Assembly (NCBI GenBank): GCA_045649545.1
Contig: JAZRQE010000043.1
Location: 476 to 64,475, forward strand
Source: Acutalibacteraceae bacterium
GTDB taxonomy: Bacteria; Bacillota; Clostridia; Oscillospirales; Acutalibacteraceae
Direction of reading: 5' to 3'
DNA: 64,000 bases
The position numbers and the translations under genes are program-made. Under the pieces are notes generated by a model. That model was given only the letters and a program-made list of their open reading frames with translations. It did not search any database and had not been told where the DNA came from. The first letter of the stretch is position 1, and every line of letters starts with the position of its first letter. Positions 45,625-56,188 of the stretch are shown piece by piece.

Positions 45625-46839
45625 ATGTTAAACTCAAGTGTTTTAAAGGTGGTAAAATGGGCCGCCGCTATCTTTTTGGTAGTATACATCATTGTGCAGA
45701 TTTACTCTGCCGTTGTGGTGCCGGTTACTACCGATACGGTGTTTTCATATTCGACATACACCGGCTTTGATACTGCCGGATTTATAATCCGCAACGAAAC
45801 AGTGTTAGAGGATACTGTCAGCGGCGTTTTGAGTTATGAGGTCAGTGACGGTGGACGCGTTTCAAAGGGCGGCGTTGTGGCTGTGTCATACCCAACCTCT
45901 GCTGATGCGGACAACCGTGTCAAGGTTGAGGAATTGGACCGCAGGATTGCAACCTTGCAGAAAATACAGACATATAATGACCTTAATGCGGCTGATATTA
46001 CCTCGGTAAATCGCAATATTCACAAGGAAATTTACGGCGTGATTTCGGCAACGCAGGGTGGGAAGGTCAATAAAACCGAAAGTTATGACGCTCTTTTGGA
46101 AAATATGGCAAGACGGCAGATAATAACAGGAGAAGTGACCGATTTTAACGCACTTATATCCTCTTTGAAGTCGCAAAGGGATAGTTTAAAGGCTTCTTTA
46201 AACGCCGCAACGGCAGAAATCGTGTCTCCGCAATCGGGTCACGTTATTTATTCGGTTGACGGTTATGAAGATGCCGTTTTGGTAGAAGATTTGGAAAACT
46301 TAAATGCCGACACCTTGAAAAGCATTAAAAAAGGTGCTGTATCATCATCGGCAGTGTGTAAGATAGTCAGCGATTATGAATGGTACATTGCGGTCGCCAT
46401 CCCGTTTTCCGAGGCCCTTAATTTGAGGCTTGGTTCAAAGGTTATGATTAAAACCGATTTGCAGTCGGTGCCGGAGCTTGAAGTCACTGTAAAGTACATC
46501 AATAAGCAGTCGGTTCAGGGTGAGGCGGTTGTGGTATTTACTGTTGATACGATGAACAATGAGTTGGCTCAACAGAGACAGCTCGATGTTACAATTGTTT
46601 ACGAGGAGCATGAGGGCTTGAAGGTTGACAACCGTGCAATCCGTTTTGTTGACGGGCAGAAAGGCGTTTATGTTTTCATCGCTTCGCAGGTTAAGTTTTT
46701 GCCGGTAGAGGTGCTTTGGCAGGGTGAAAACTACTCGATTGTTAAGCAGGAAGCCTCGGCGGATAAAAAACACCTCCGCATTTATGATGAGGTAATTGTT
46801 AAAGGAAAGAATTTGTATGACGGAAAATTTATCAATTGA
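45625..46839 (+). CDS. HlyD-like / membrane-fusion-like protein, N-terminally anchored
   Basis: 404 aa. One TM, a coiled-coil segment and beta-barrel-like ends. The family call is tentative. Confidence 0.4.
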   Translation: MLNSSVLKVVKWAAAIFLVVYIIVQIYSAVVVPVTTDTVFSYSTYTGFDTAGFIIRNETVLEDTVSGVLSYEVSDGGRVSKGGVVAVSYPTSADADNRVKVEELDRRIATLQKIQTYNDLNAADITSVNRNIHKEIYGVISATQGGKVNKTESYDALLENMARRQIITGEVTDFNALISSLKSQRDSLKASLNAATAEIVSPQSGHVIYSVDGYEDAVLVEDLENLNADTLKSIKKGAVSSSAVCKIVSDYEWYIAVAIPFSEALNLRLGSKVMIKTDLQSVPELEVTVKYINKQSVQGEAVVVFTVDTMNNELAQQRQLDVTIVYEEHEGLKVDNRAIRFVDGQKGVYVFIASQVKFLPVEVLWQGENYSIVKQEASADKKHLRIYDEVIVKGKNLYDGKFIN

Positions 46840-47557
46840 AATCTCCCAAAAAATAGAATGGTTTGACCGCAATTTTGAGGATATAAACAGAAGAATTGCA
46901 TTAGCCTCTAAGCAGGTTGGCAAAAGTCCTTGCGATATCATTATGCTTGCTGCGACCAAAACCGTTCCGGTTGAGGTTATTAACCACGCAATAAAAAGCG
47001 GTGTTAAATATATTGGTGAAAACCGCGTGCAGGAATTTTTAAGCAAAAAGGATGAACTGTTGCCTGACGCTCACCGCCACTTTATCGGTCATTTGCAAAC
47101 CAACAAGGTTAAGGACATTGTCGGCGAGGTTGAAATGATTGAATCGGTTCATTCGGTAAAACTTGCCGCTGAAATTAACCGACTTTGCGAAAAGCTCAAT
47201 AAAACAATGGATATTTTGCTTGAAGTAAACATAGGGAACGAAGAAAGCAAGTCAGGTTTTTCACCCGAGGAATTGGAAGAAAAGATAGTCGAAATCAGCA
47301 AAATGCCGTTTATAAAAGTTAAAGGCTTGATGACAATACCGCCGATTTGTGATAATAACGAAAAAAGTATGCAATATTTTGAAAAAATGAGCAAACTGTT
47401 TATTGACATTAGAGCCAAAATAAAGGATAATATAGATATGGTATACTTGTCTATGGGTATGTCCGGTGATTTTGAAGATGCCATTAAGTGCGGAGCGAAT
47501 ATTGTTCGCATCGGCACCTCGCTTTTCGGTCAGCGTGACTATTCAAAGACCAAGTAA
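46817..47557 (+). CDS. yggS: YggS/YlmE family PLP-binding homeostasis protein
   Basis: 246 aa from ATG 46817. LAATKTV lysine motif. HFIGHLQTNKV. Confidence 0.85.
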   Translation: MTENLSIEISQKIEWFDRNFEDINRRIALASKQVGKSPCDIIMLAATKTVPVEVINHAIKSGVKYIGENRVQEFLSKKDELLPDAHRHFIGHLQTNKVKDIVGEVEMIESVHSVKLAAEINRLCEKLNKTMDILLEVNIGNEESKSGFSPEELEEKIVEISKMPFIKVKGLMTIPPICDNNEKSMQYFEKMSKLFIDIRAKIKDNIDMVYLSMGMSGDFEDAIKCGANIVRIGTSLFGQRDYSKTK

Positions 47558-47594
47558 AAAATTAAAATAAATTATAATCGAAGGAGATTTGAAA

Positions 47595-48077
47595 ATGGGT
47601 TTTTTTGATAAGATTAAGGACATTATGAGTGCAACTGACGAAGACGAAGATTATGAGGAGACTGTGGAAACCTCGCGTGAGGTTCCGTCAAGCAACGATT
47701 ATTATTCTTCATCTACCGGCCGTTCTTACGAGAGAGAAAAAACCACTCAGTTCCCCAGCGAGCGTAAAGCAAAGTCCGGTACTGTCACCCGTGTAAATTC
47801 TCAACTTCAGGTAGCCCTTGTTAAACCTGAAAGATTTGAGGATGCTCCCAATATTGCCGACCATCTTGCTGACGGCAGAACTGTTGTTTTGAATTTAGAG
47901 GTTGCTAACCGTGAAACTCAGCGCAGATTGCTCGATTTCTTGAGCGGTGCTGCTTATGCTCACGGCGGTAGAATCAAGAAGGTTGCTAACAGCACATATA
48001 TCATCACCCCCAGCAATGTTGATGTTATGGGTGAATTGCTTCTTGACGAACTTGACAGCGGTAGTACATACTTTTAA
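47595..48077 (+). CDS. sepF: Cell division protein SepF
   Basis: 160 aa from ATG 47595 (AAGGAG RBS). GFFDKIKD N-terminus. C-terminal SepF domain. Confidence 0.85.
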   Translation: MGFFDKIKDIMSATDEDEDYEETVETSREVPSSNDYYSSSTGRSYEREKTTQFPSERKAKSGTVTRVNSQLQVALVKPERFEDAPNIADHLADGRTVVLNLEVANRETQRRLLDFLSGAAYAHGGRIKKVANSTYIITPSNVDVMGELLLDELDSGSTYF

Positions 48078-48829
48078 TGGATGCTAAAACTCGTGCGATT
48101 TTAGAAGCACGAATTCAGGACGCGATAAGGTATGCCGAAACACGGGGAGTGCCCAAGTTCGTGGGTTTTCTTGATATGAGTGGTGCGGCAATTGCTGTGG
48201 CGATTGCCGAAAAGTCGCGTTGTAAATTTAAACTTTACGGCGGGTACGACGGTGCTGAACGCGTGTATTTCGGCGTGTTTCCTGACTGGTGTGAGCCGGA
48301 AAATGAAACGTTCCCTATTGTAAGACTTAAAATTCAGAATAAAGGTATTAAGACACTGACACACAGGGATGTGTTGGGTGCTTTAATGTCTGCGGGGATT
48401 GAACGCGATACAGTCGGAGATATTCTTATAGGTGATAAGTTTTCGGTCGTATTCACGGCACAGTCGGTGGCTTCGCATATTAAGGCTGACATTGTTAAAA
48501 TCGCGTCGTGCGGTGTTGAAATCACAGAGGACTTTGATGATTTAGAGTTGCCGATAGCTCACCGCTTTACCGAAAATAGCGGCACTGTGGCATCTTTAAG
48601 GCTTGACTGTGTTGTTGCCGAACTGTGTAATTGCTCACGTAATAAAGCCTGCGAGCTTATAGAAACCGGTAGTGTTGCACTTCGGGGACTTGAGGTTTTA
48701 AAGCTGACGGCCGAAGTTGTAGCAGGTGATACTGTCACTGTACGCCGTTTTGGTAAATTTATCGTTGACCGGTGTGACCGAATAACCAAAAAAGGCAGGA
48801 TTGCCATTATTTATAGAAAATATATTTGA
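48077..48829 (+). CDS. ylmH: YlmH-like RNA-binding (S4 domain) protein
   Basis: 250 aa. Sits between sepF and divIVA as in Firmicutes. C-terminal S4-like segment. Confidence 0.7.
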   Translation: MDAKTRAILEARIQDAIRYAETRGVPKFVGFLDMSGAAIAVAIAEKSRCKFKLYGGYDGAERVYFGVFPDWCEPENETFPIVRLKIQNKGIKTLTHRDVLGALMSAGIERDTVGDILIGDKFSVVFTAQSVASHIKADIVKIASCGVEITEDFDDLELPIAHRFTENSGTVASLRLDCVVAELCNCSRNKACELIETGSVALRGLEVLKLTAEVVAGDTVTVRRFGKFIVDRCDRITKKGRIAIIYRKYI

Positions 48830-48846
48830 CTTCTCGGAGGAAAATT

Positions 48847-49857
48847 ATGAAAACACCTGAACAAATCCGTGATATGGAATTTCAGAAAGGCCCTATGGGT
48901 GGTTATAAGCAGAGTGATGTTGAACTGTTTTTAGAAGAGGTAGCTTCACAGATTGAAATCCTTACAAAACAGAAGAACGATGCCGAGCGTAAATTACAGG
49001 AGATGGGAAAGCATGCCCCTGAAGCCGCTTTGACCGCTACCGGCATTCAAAATGTTTTGGTTAGTGCACAGCGTGTTGCTGACCAGGTTGTTGAGGATTC
49101 TAAGGCTGAGGCTGAGCGTATTGTTGCTGAAGCTAATTTGAAACTTGCCGAGGCTGACATTAAGGCTCGCGAAGTGATTTCTGAGGCAGAGGCAAAGGCT
49201 ATATTGCTTGGCGAAACCGCCGAAACTGAGGCTGCCAAGATTATTGCCGCCGCAGTTAAAGAGGGCGAAATAATCGTTGCCGAGGCTAAGGAAAGCATTG
49301 AGCTTGAGCAAAAGCTTTATGACCGCTTGAAGATTGAGGTTTCGGATTTCCGCAAAAAAGCCTCACAGCAGTGCAGTGCTTTGGTTGAGCTTATTAATCA
49401 GTTGCCTGGCGAGATTCCTTTTAATATGGAACGTTCAAAGCAGGTGCTTTCGGTTGATTTTAGCAACCCTGATGAACTTTTAAAGGTTGCAGTTGAGGAA
49501 AGAATTGCTAAGGAAATGGCAGAAGCACAAGTCAAAGCTGAAGCCGAGGCAGAAGCTCCGGTTGAGGCTGTAGCCGAGCCGGTAATTGAGCAGGAAGAAG
49601 AACCTGAGATTCCTGAAGAGCCTGTTTCGGAGCCTACCGTTGAGGAAGAAGAGGAAGCTCAACTTACGTTTAATGCAGAAGCTTCGGTTAAGTTCGAAGT
49701 AGTTGAGGATGAAGAAGAGGACGAAGCCGTGCCTTTTGTAATTGCTTCAGAACCTGAAGAACCGGTGGTTCAAAAGAACCACATCACATTTAGTGATGAT
49801 GATTTTGATGACGAGGATGACGAGCCGAGACTTTTTTTCCGTCGCAAGAAAAAATAA
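48847..49857 (+). CDS. divIVA: DivIVA domain protein with long acidic tail
   Basis: 336 aa from ATG 48847 (GGAGG RBS). TPEQIRDMEFQKGPMGGYKQSDVELFLEEV. Confidence 0.85.
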   Translation: MKTPEQIRDMEFQKGPMGGYKQSDVELFLEEVASQIEILTKQKNDAERKLQEMGKHAPEAALTATGIQNVLVSAQRVADQVVEDSKAEAERIVAEANLKLAEADIKAREVISEAEAKAILLGETAETEAAKIIAAAVKEGEIIVAEAKESIELEQKLYDRLKIEVSDFRKKASQQCSALVELINQLPGEIPFNMERSKQVLSVDFSNPDELLKVAVEERIAKEMAEAQVKAEAEAEAPVEAVAEPVIEQEEEPEIPEEPVSEPTVEEEEEAQLTFNAEASVKFEVVEDEEEDEAVPFVIASEPEEPVVQKNHITFSDDDFDDEDDEPRLFFRRKKK

Positions 49858-50041
49858 TTAAGCCTACGGACGATGACAAACCGAAAAATGCCGAGATTAT
49901 GCCATTTTAGGCAGGTTCGGATTATTCGCGTTTGCTTAAGTAAATTGTTTCTCACGGTGTGCTTTTCGGCGTGCCGTGAGAATGTGCCGTTAAAAGGGGT
50001 TATCTTTTACGGCTATATAGATTTAGATTGGAGTTAAAATA

Positions 50042-52816
50042 ATGGATTACAATGAGACACTGAACCTGCCCCAAACAGAATTCCCTATGCGAGCAGGTTT
50101 GCCCACCCGCGAGCCTGAAGCTTTAAAAGAGTGGCAGGATAGCGACATTTACGGCGAATTGATGAAGAAAAACGAAGGTAAGCCGAGCTATATTTTGCAT
50201 GACGGTCCTCCGTATGCTAACGGTATCATTCATATGGGTACCGCTTTGAATAAGAGCTTAAAGGACTTTGTTCTTCGTTACAAAAATATGTCGGGATTTA
50301 AAGCTCCTTATGTGCCGGGCTATGACACTCACGGCTTGCCGACCGAGTTAAAGGCACGTAAAAAAGCAGGTGTAAGCTCGACTGCACAGGTTTCGGCTTT
50401 GGAGCTTCGTAAAATCTGCCGTGACTTTGCTTTGGGCTTTGTTGACGACCAGCGTCATCAGTTTGAGCGTTTGGGTATTTTGGGCGATTGGGCTCATCCT
50501 TATTTAACTCTTACAAATGATTATGTTGCAAAGCAGGTCGAGATTTTCGGTAAAATGGCAGAAAAGGGTTATATTTATAAGGGTTTAAAGCCGGTTTATT
50601 GGTGCCCTGAGTGTCAGACTGCTTTGGCTGAGGCTGAAATTGAGTATGCTGAGGACCCTTGCCATTCTATCTATGTTAAGTTCAACGTTACCGATGATAA
50701 GGGTGTTTTGACCTCGCTTGGTGCTGAACTTTCCAAGACCTACTTTGTAATTTGGACTACTACTACTTGGACCTTACCTGCTAACCTTGCAATTTGTGTA
50801 GGTCCTGACTATAATTACGGTTTATATAAGGCAAACGGTGAGTATTTTGTAATGGCAGAGGAACTTGCCGCAAATTCTTTCAAGGCTGCAAAGATTGAAG
50901 AATTTGAGCTTATCGGTACTGTTAAGGGTGCTGACCTTGAGTATATTAAGTGTGCTCATCCGTTTATCGACCGTACTTCGTTGGTAATCGTTGGTAACCA
51001 CGTCACCTTGGAAAGCGGTACAGGTTGTGTTCATACCGCTCCCGGTCACGGTGTTGATGACTTTGAGGTTTGCCGTAACTACCCCGAAGTAGGTATGGTT
51101 GTACCGGTTGACCACAAGGGTGTTATGACTGCTGATGCAGGTGAATTCCAAGGCTTAACCACCGACCAAGCCAACAAGGCTATTGCCATTAAGTTGGACG
51201 AAACCGGTAATTTGTTTGCTTTAGAGAAAATTATCCACCAGTATCCTCACTGTTGGCGTTGTAAGTCTCCCATTTTGTTCCGTGCTACCGAGCAGTGGTT
51301 CTGCTCAATTTCTGCTTTTGCTGACAAGGCAATTGAGGAAATCAAGAGTGTAAAATGGGTACCCGGTTGGGGTGAAGACCGCATCACCGGTATGATTCGC
51401 GACCGCAGTGACTGGTGTATTTCCCGTCAGCGTACTTGGGGTGTGCCGATTCCGATTTTCTATTGTAAGGATTGCGGCAAAGAGGCTATCACTCCCGAAA
51501 CCATCGCTAAGGTTGTTAGTGTTTTCCGTGAAAAGGGTGCTGACGCTTGGTATGAGCTTTCTGAAAAGGATTTAATGCCCGAAGGCTTTAAGTGTGAATG
51601 CGGTTGCACCGAGTTTAAGAAAGAAACCGACATTATGGACGTTTGGTTTGACTCGGGTGTGTCTCACGCCGCAGTTATGGATGAGCGTGACGAGCTTTCA
51701 AGCCCTGCTGACCTTTATTTAGAGGGTGCTGACCAGTATCGTGGTTGGTTCCAGTCGTCGTTGCTTACTTCGGTTGCCGCTTACGGAAGAACACCTTACA
51801 AAACCGTTGTTACACACGGTTGGGTTGTTGACGGTGAGGGCAAAAAGATGTCTAAATCTATCGGTAACACCATCAACCCTGACGATATTGTAAGTCAGTA
51901 CGGTGCCGATATTTTAAGACTTTGGGTTGCTTCTTCCGATTATCATGCCGATATTCGTATCTCCAAAGATATTTTGAAGCAATTAAGTGAAATTTACAGA
52001 AAAATCCGTAATACTGCTCGATTTATCTTGGGCTGCATCAGTGATTTTGACCCCGATAAGGATGCAGTATGTGACTGTAAGTTGCACGAAATGGATAAGT
52101 TCGCATTAATGCGTCTTGACCAGGTGACCAACGAGTGTATCAAGGCTTATGAGAATTTTGAGTATCATCTCATTTTCCACGCAATTCACAATTTCTGTGT
52201 ATTGGATATGTCTAACTTCTACCTTGATGCCGCTAAGGACAGATTGTATGTTGAGGGCAAGGATTCTGAAACTCGCCGTGCCGCACAGACCACAATTTAC
52301 AAGGTTTTGCACGTGCTTACCCGTCTTATCGCCCCGATTTTAAGCTTTACTTCGGACGAAATTTGGAAGTTTATGCCTCATAAAGCAGGCGACGACGTAA
52401 GAAACGTTGTGCTTAATGATTTCCCAAAAGTTTCGGGTGAGGTTGACAATGAGTTGCTCCAGCGTTGGGAGAAAATCCACGCTATCCGTGATGATGTTAA
52501 AAAGGCTTTGGAGCTTGCCCGTACTGAAAAAATCATCGGTGCATCTTTAGAGGGTGCAGTTACTGTTTATGCTGAGGGTGAGCAGTTTGCTTTCTTAAAG
52601 AGTGTTGAGGATATTCTTTCTACCGTATTTATCGTTTCCTCGGTCGAGCTGGTTGAGGGCAACGGCGGTGACCATAAGGGTGACAGCGGCATTGGTGTTA
52701 CTGTTACTCACGCTGCCGGTGAAAAGTGCGAGCGTTGCTGGAGCTTTAGCGAAACCGTAGGTAAGGATACCGAGCATCCCACACTTTGTGAGCGTTGCCG
52801 CAACATCGTAAAATAA
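50042..52816 (+). CDS. ileS: Isoleucine--tRNA ligase
   Basis: 924 aa. HMGTALNK (HIGH-type) and KMSKS motifs. C-terminal CERCW...CERC zinc finger. Confidence 0.95.
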   Translation: MDYNETLNLPQTEFPMRAGLPTREPEALKEWQDSDIYGELMKKNEGKPSYILHDGPPYANGIIHMGTALNKSLKDFVLRYKNMSGFKAPYVPGYDTHGLPTELKARKKAGVSSTAQVSALELRKICRDFALGFVDDQRHQFERLGILGDWAHPYLTLTNDYVAKQVEIFGKMAEKGYIYKGLKPVYWCPECQTALAEAEIEYAEDPCHSIYVKFNVTDDKGVLTSLGAELSKTYFVIWTTTTWTLPANLAICVGPDYNYGLYKANGEYFVMAEELAANSFKAAKIEEFELIGTVKGADLEYIKCAHPFIDRTSLVIVGNHVTLESGTGCVHTAPGHGVDDFEVCRNYPEVGMVVPVDHKGVMTADAGEFQGLTTDQANKAIAIKLDETGNLFALEKIIHQYPHCWRCKSPILFRATEQWFCSISAFADKAIEEIKSVKWVPGWGEDRITGMIRDRSDWCISRQRTWGVPIPIFYCKDCGKEAITPETIAKVVSVFREKGADAWYELSEKDLMPEGFKCECGCTEFKKETDIMDVWFDSGVSHAAVMDERDELSSPADLYLEGADQYRGWFQSSLLTSVAAYGRTPYKTVVTHGWVVDGEGKKMSKSIGNTINPDDIVSQYGADILRLWVASSDYHADIRISKDILKQLSEIYRKIRNTARFILGCISDFDPDKDAVCDCKLHEMDKFALMRLDQVTNECIKAYENFEYHLIFHAIHNFCVLDMSNFYLDAAKDRLYVEGKDSETRRAAQTTIYKVLHVLTRLIAPILSFTSDEIWKFMPHKAGDDVRNVVLNDFPKVSGEVDNELLQRWEKIHAIRDDVKKALELARTEKIIGASLEGAVTVYAEGEQFAFLKSVEDILSTVFIVSSVELVEGNGGDHKGDSGIGVTVTHAAGEKCERCWSFSETVGKDTEHPTLCERCRNIVK

Positions 52817-52832
52817 GTTTTAGGAGTAAATT

Positions 52833-53390
52833 ATGTCAGCTGTTTTAGCCATAATTTGCGGTGTTTTGGTCGTAGGCATTGACCAGTTAACCAAGTATTT
52901 GGTTACGGTTTTTATGGAGCCTGACGAGGTAATCACCGTAATCCCGTATGTTATAAATTTCAACCGTATACCGCCTAACACCGGTGCCGCGTTCGGCATC
53001 TTTCAGGGTCAAACCTGGTTTTTAATCACGGTTACATGCGTTATTATGATAATCTGCATTGGAATGTTGATTAGAAAAACCTTTGAAAGCCGGTGTATGT
53101 TCTGGGCTTTGTGCTTGGTTTTAGGCGGCGGTATCGGTAATCTCATTGACCGCGTTTTCAGAGGCGGACACGTTGTTGATTTCTTGGAATTCGGTTTTTT
53201 TGAATTTCCCGTCTTTAACGTTGCCGATATTGCGGTTTGCGTCGGTGCAGGCTTAATTTTGTTGTATTTTATTATGGATTTTGTTAAGGATGCCCGTCGT
53301 AAAAATGGTATTGCAAAAATCAACGCCAAGTCGGACAGTGAGATTGAAGCTGAAAATATAAAAGTCGGCGAACAGAACAATGGCAACTGA
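52833..53390 (+). CDS. lspA: Lipoprotein signal peptidase II
   Basis: 185 aa, 4 TM. GNLIDR and FNVAD motifs. Confidence 0.9.
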   Translation: MSAVLAIICGVLVVGIDQLTKYLVTVFMEPDEVITVIPYVINFNRIPPNTGAAFGIFQGQTWFLITVTCVIMIICIGMLIRKTFESRCMFWALCLVLGGGIGNLIDRVFRGGHVVDFLEFGFFEFPVFNVADIAVCVGAGLILLYFIMDFVKDARRKNGIAKINAKSDSEIEAENIKVGEQNNGN

Positions 53391-54288
53391 GATACTTTTA
53401 TCTAACGTAGACGGTGTAAGGCTTGACGCGTTTATTTCAAGTGAACTTGATATTTCGCGTTCGCTTGCCGCAGAGTTGATTGACAGTGGCAAGGTCACTG
53501 TCAACGGTAAACTCGCCAAGAAAAGTAATAAGGTAATGATGGGTAATGAAGTTTCGGTTGAAGTTCCGGAATTAGTAGAGCCTGAAGCGTTACCGGAGGA
53601 CATTCCGCTTGACATCGTGTACGAGGACGATGACCTGCTTGTGGTTAATAAGCCTAAAGGTATGGTTGTGCATCCCGCACCCGGCAATCCCGACGGTACG
53701 TTGGTTAACGCCCTGCTTTACCACTGTAAGGGCAGTTTGTCGGGTATAAACGGTGTTATGCGTCCCGGCATTGTTCACCGAATTGACAAGGATACAAGCG
53801 GGTTGTTGATTGTTGCAAAAAACGATGCGGCTCATCGCTCTTTAGCCGAGCAGATAAAGGAACATTCCTTTACCCGCGAGTATAGAGCAGTTGTTTACGG
53901 AAATTTAAAGCAAGACAGTGGCACTGTTAACGCACCAATTGGGCGTGACCCTAAAAACCGCCAACGAATGGCTATTGTGTATGTCAATTCAAAACCGGCA
54001 GTAACACATTATGAGGTGTTGCAACGTTTTGATGGCTTTACGTACATCAAATGCCGTCTTGAAACCGGACGCACGCATCAAATCAGGGTGCATATGGCGT
54101 CCTTGGGACACCCAATTGCAGGCGACCCCGTTTACGGACCTAAAAAGGTTATTACTAAACTTCAGGGTCAGTGTTTACACGCAGGTTTGATTGGATTTAT
54201 ACATCCGAAAACCGGCAGATATTTGGAATTTACGAGTGAAGTGCCCGAGTATTTCAGTTCGTACTTAAACAGTTTAAAAGAAATATAA
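53380..54288 (+). CDS. rluD: RluA-family 23S rRNA pseudouridine synthase (RluD-like)
   Basis: 302 aa. N-terminal S4 domain. HRIDKDTSG catalytic motif. Confidence 0.85.
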   Translation: MATEILLSNVDGVRLDAFISSELDISRSLAAELIDSGKVTVNGKLAKKSNKVMMGNEVSVEVPELVEPEALPEDIPLDIVYEDDDLLVVNKPKGMVVHPAPGNPDGTLVNALLYHCKGSLSGINGVMRPGIVHRIDKDTSGLLIVAKNDAAHRSLAEQIKEHSFTREYRAVVYGNLKQDSGTVNAPIGRDPKNRQRMAIVYVNSKPAVTHYEVLQRFDGFTYIKCRLETGRTHQIRVHMASLGHPIAGDPVYGPKKVITKLQGQCLHAGLIGFIHPKTGRYLEFTSEVPEYFSSYLNSLKEI

Positions 54289-54310
54289 TATATATTTTTG
54301 GAGGTTCAAA

Positions 54311-55150
54311 ATGAACGAGCAAAGAAAAAAGGAATTAAGAAAATTTTCCTTACAAGCCAGAAGGCAGGTTATTATTGGTACAAACCGTGCTAAATCCGGT
54401 CATCCGGGCGGTAGTTTGTCTTGTGCAGATATTTTGACATATCTGTATTTCGATAAAATGAATATTGACCCGAAGAATCCTCAAATGGAGGGTCGCGACC
54501 GCTTGGTTTTGTCTAAAGGACATGCCGCACCGGGACTTTACGGTGTTTTGGCTGTTCGCGGTTTCTTCCCCGTAGAAGAAATTGAAAAACTCCGCAAACC
54601 TTATGCAATGTTGCAGGGTCACCCTGATAAAAAAGGTATCCCGGGTATTGATATGTCGACAGGCTCTTTAGGTCAGGGTATTTCTGCTGCCGCAGGTATG
54701 GCTTTGTCTGCCAAGCACTTTGGTGACGATTACCGCGTATACGCCATTATCGGTGACGGTGAGTCGGAAGAGGGTCAGGTTTGGGAAGCCGCTATGTTTG
54801 CCGCTCACAAGAATCTTAATAATTTAACCGTTTTTGTTGACCTTAACCATTTGCAGATTGACGGTACCGTTGAAGAGGTTAACTCTCCGCTGCCGCTTGA
54901 CAAGAAATTTGAGGCATTTAACTGGAACGTAATTGTCATTGACGGCCATGATTTCGACCAAATCGAAGCCGCAGTTGCCGCTGCTGAAAAGTGTACCGAC
55001 AAGCCGACCGCTATCATTGCCAACACAATTAAGGGCAAGGATGTTTCGTTTATGGAAAATCAGGTTAATTGGCACGGTGCAGGTCCGAATGACGAACAGG
55101 CTGCCGCCGCTTTGGCAGAATTAGATTTGAAAATTGCCGAGTTGGATTAA
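54311..55150 (+). CDS. Transketolase, N-terminal (TPP-binding) subunit
   Basis: 279 aa. GHPGGSLS and GDGESEEG motifs. Confidence 0.9.
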   Translation: MNEQRKKELRKFSLQARRQVIIGTNRAKSGHPGGSLSCADILTYLYFDKMNIDPKNPQMEGRDRLVLSKGHAAPGLYGVLAVRGFFPVEEIEKLRKPYAMLQGHPDKKGIPGIDMSTGSLGQGISAAAGMALSAKHFGDDYRVYAIIGDGESEEGQVWEAAMFAAHKNLNNLTVFVDLNHLQIDGTVEEVNSPLPLDKKFEAFNWNVIVIDGHDFDQIEAAVAAAEKCTDKPTAIIANTIKGKDVSFMENQVNWHGAGPNDEQAAAALAELDLKIAELD

Positions 55151-55163
55151 GGAGGAAACAAAA

Positions 55164-56111
55164 ATGGCTGAAGTAAAAAATATTGCTACCCGTGATGCTT
55201 ATGGTGCCGCTTTGGTAGAGCTTGCCGAAAAAAGAGATGACTTTATCGTTTTAGATGCTGACCTTGCCGCCGCAACCAAGACCGGTACTTTTAAAAAGGC
55301 ACATCCGGAGCGTTTTTACAACTGCGGTATTGCCGAGCAGAATATGATGAGTGTTGCTGCAGGCTTTGCATCGACCGGTAAAATGGTTTTTGCAAGCTCG
55401 TTTGCAATGTTTGCCGCAGGTCGTGCTTTCGAGCAGGTTAGAAACTCAATCGGTTATCCTAATTTAAATGTTAAAATTGGTGCTTCTCACGCCGGTATTT
55501 CGGTTGGTGAGGATGGTGCTACACATCAGTGCTGTGAAGATATTGCTTTGATGCGTACAATTCCCGGTATGACCATCATCAATCCTGCTGATGCTGTAGA
55601 GGCTCGTCAGGCAGTGCTTGCTGTTGCTGAGATGGATGGTCCCGCTTATATGCGTTTTGGTCGTCTTGCCGTTCCGGTTGTGTTTGATGACAGCTATAAG
55701 TTTGAAATCGGCAAGGGTGTTGAATTAAAGAACGGTACTGATGTTACCGTTATTGCCACCGGTCTTTTAGTTAAAGAGGCATTAGAGGCTTACGATTTGT
55801 TGGCAGCAGAGGGTATTTCGGCAAGAATTATCAATATGGCTACCATTAAGCCGATTGACCGCGAGATTATCGAAAAAGCCGCCCGTGAAACCGGTGCGAT
55901 TGTTACTGCCGAGGAGCATTCAGTTATCGGTGGACTTGGTTCTGCAGTTGCAGAGGTTGTTACCGAAACCTGCCCCGTTCCGGTTGTTAAGGTCGGTGTT
56001 GAGGATACATTCGGTATGTCAGGTCCTGCAAATGAGTTGCTTGATATCTTTGGTCTTCGTGCTAAAGACATTGTTGAGAAAGCAAAGAAGGCAATCGCCG
56101 CTAAAAAGTAA
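55164..56111 (+). CDS. Transketolase, C-terminal (pyrimidine-binding) subunit
   Basis: 315 aa from ATG 55164 (AGGAGG RBS). Follows the N-terminal subunit. Confidence 0.9.
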   Translation: MAEVKNIATRDAYGAALVELAEKRDDFIVLDADLAAATKTGTFKKAHPERFYNCGIAEQNMMSVAAGFASTGKMVFASSFAMFAAGRAFEQVRNSIGYPNLNVKIGASHAGISVGEDGATHQCCEDIALMRTIPGMTIINPADAVEARQAVLAVAEMDGPAYMRFGRLAVPVVFDDSYKFEIGKGVELKNGTDVTVIATGLLVKEALEAYDLLAAEGISARIINMATIKPIDREIIEKAARETGAIVTAEEHSVIGGLGSAVAEVVTETCPVPVVKVGVEDTFGMSGPANELLDIFGLRAKDIVEKAKKAIAAKK

Positions 56112-56124
56112 TTATATAAAAAAC

Positions 56125-56163
56125 AAAGGGAGACACTTCGTAAAGAAGCTGTCTCCCTTTTTA
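56125..56163. terminator. Bidirectional intrinsic terminator
   Basis: GGGAGACACTTC-N5-GAAGCTGTCTCCC flanked by A- and T-runs. Confidence 0.8.
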
Positions 56164-56188
56164 ATATTTAATTATGAAATATTTATAA

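Noticed and set aside
49870-50041. Possible T-box or attenuator upstream of ileS: two hairpins, 49951-49983 and 49987-50016, sharing a TGCCGT segment
   Set aside because: There is no T-box sequence (AANNNGGTGGTACCGCG-like), no specifier-loop architecture and no U-tract after the second hairpin. I cannot support a regulatory call.
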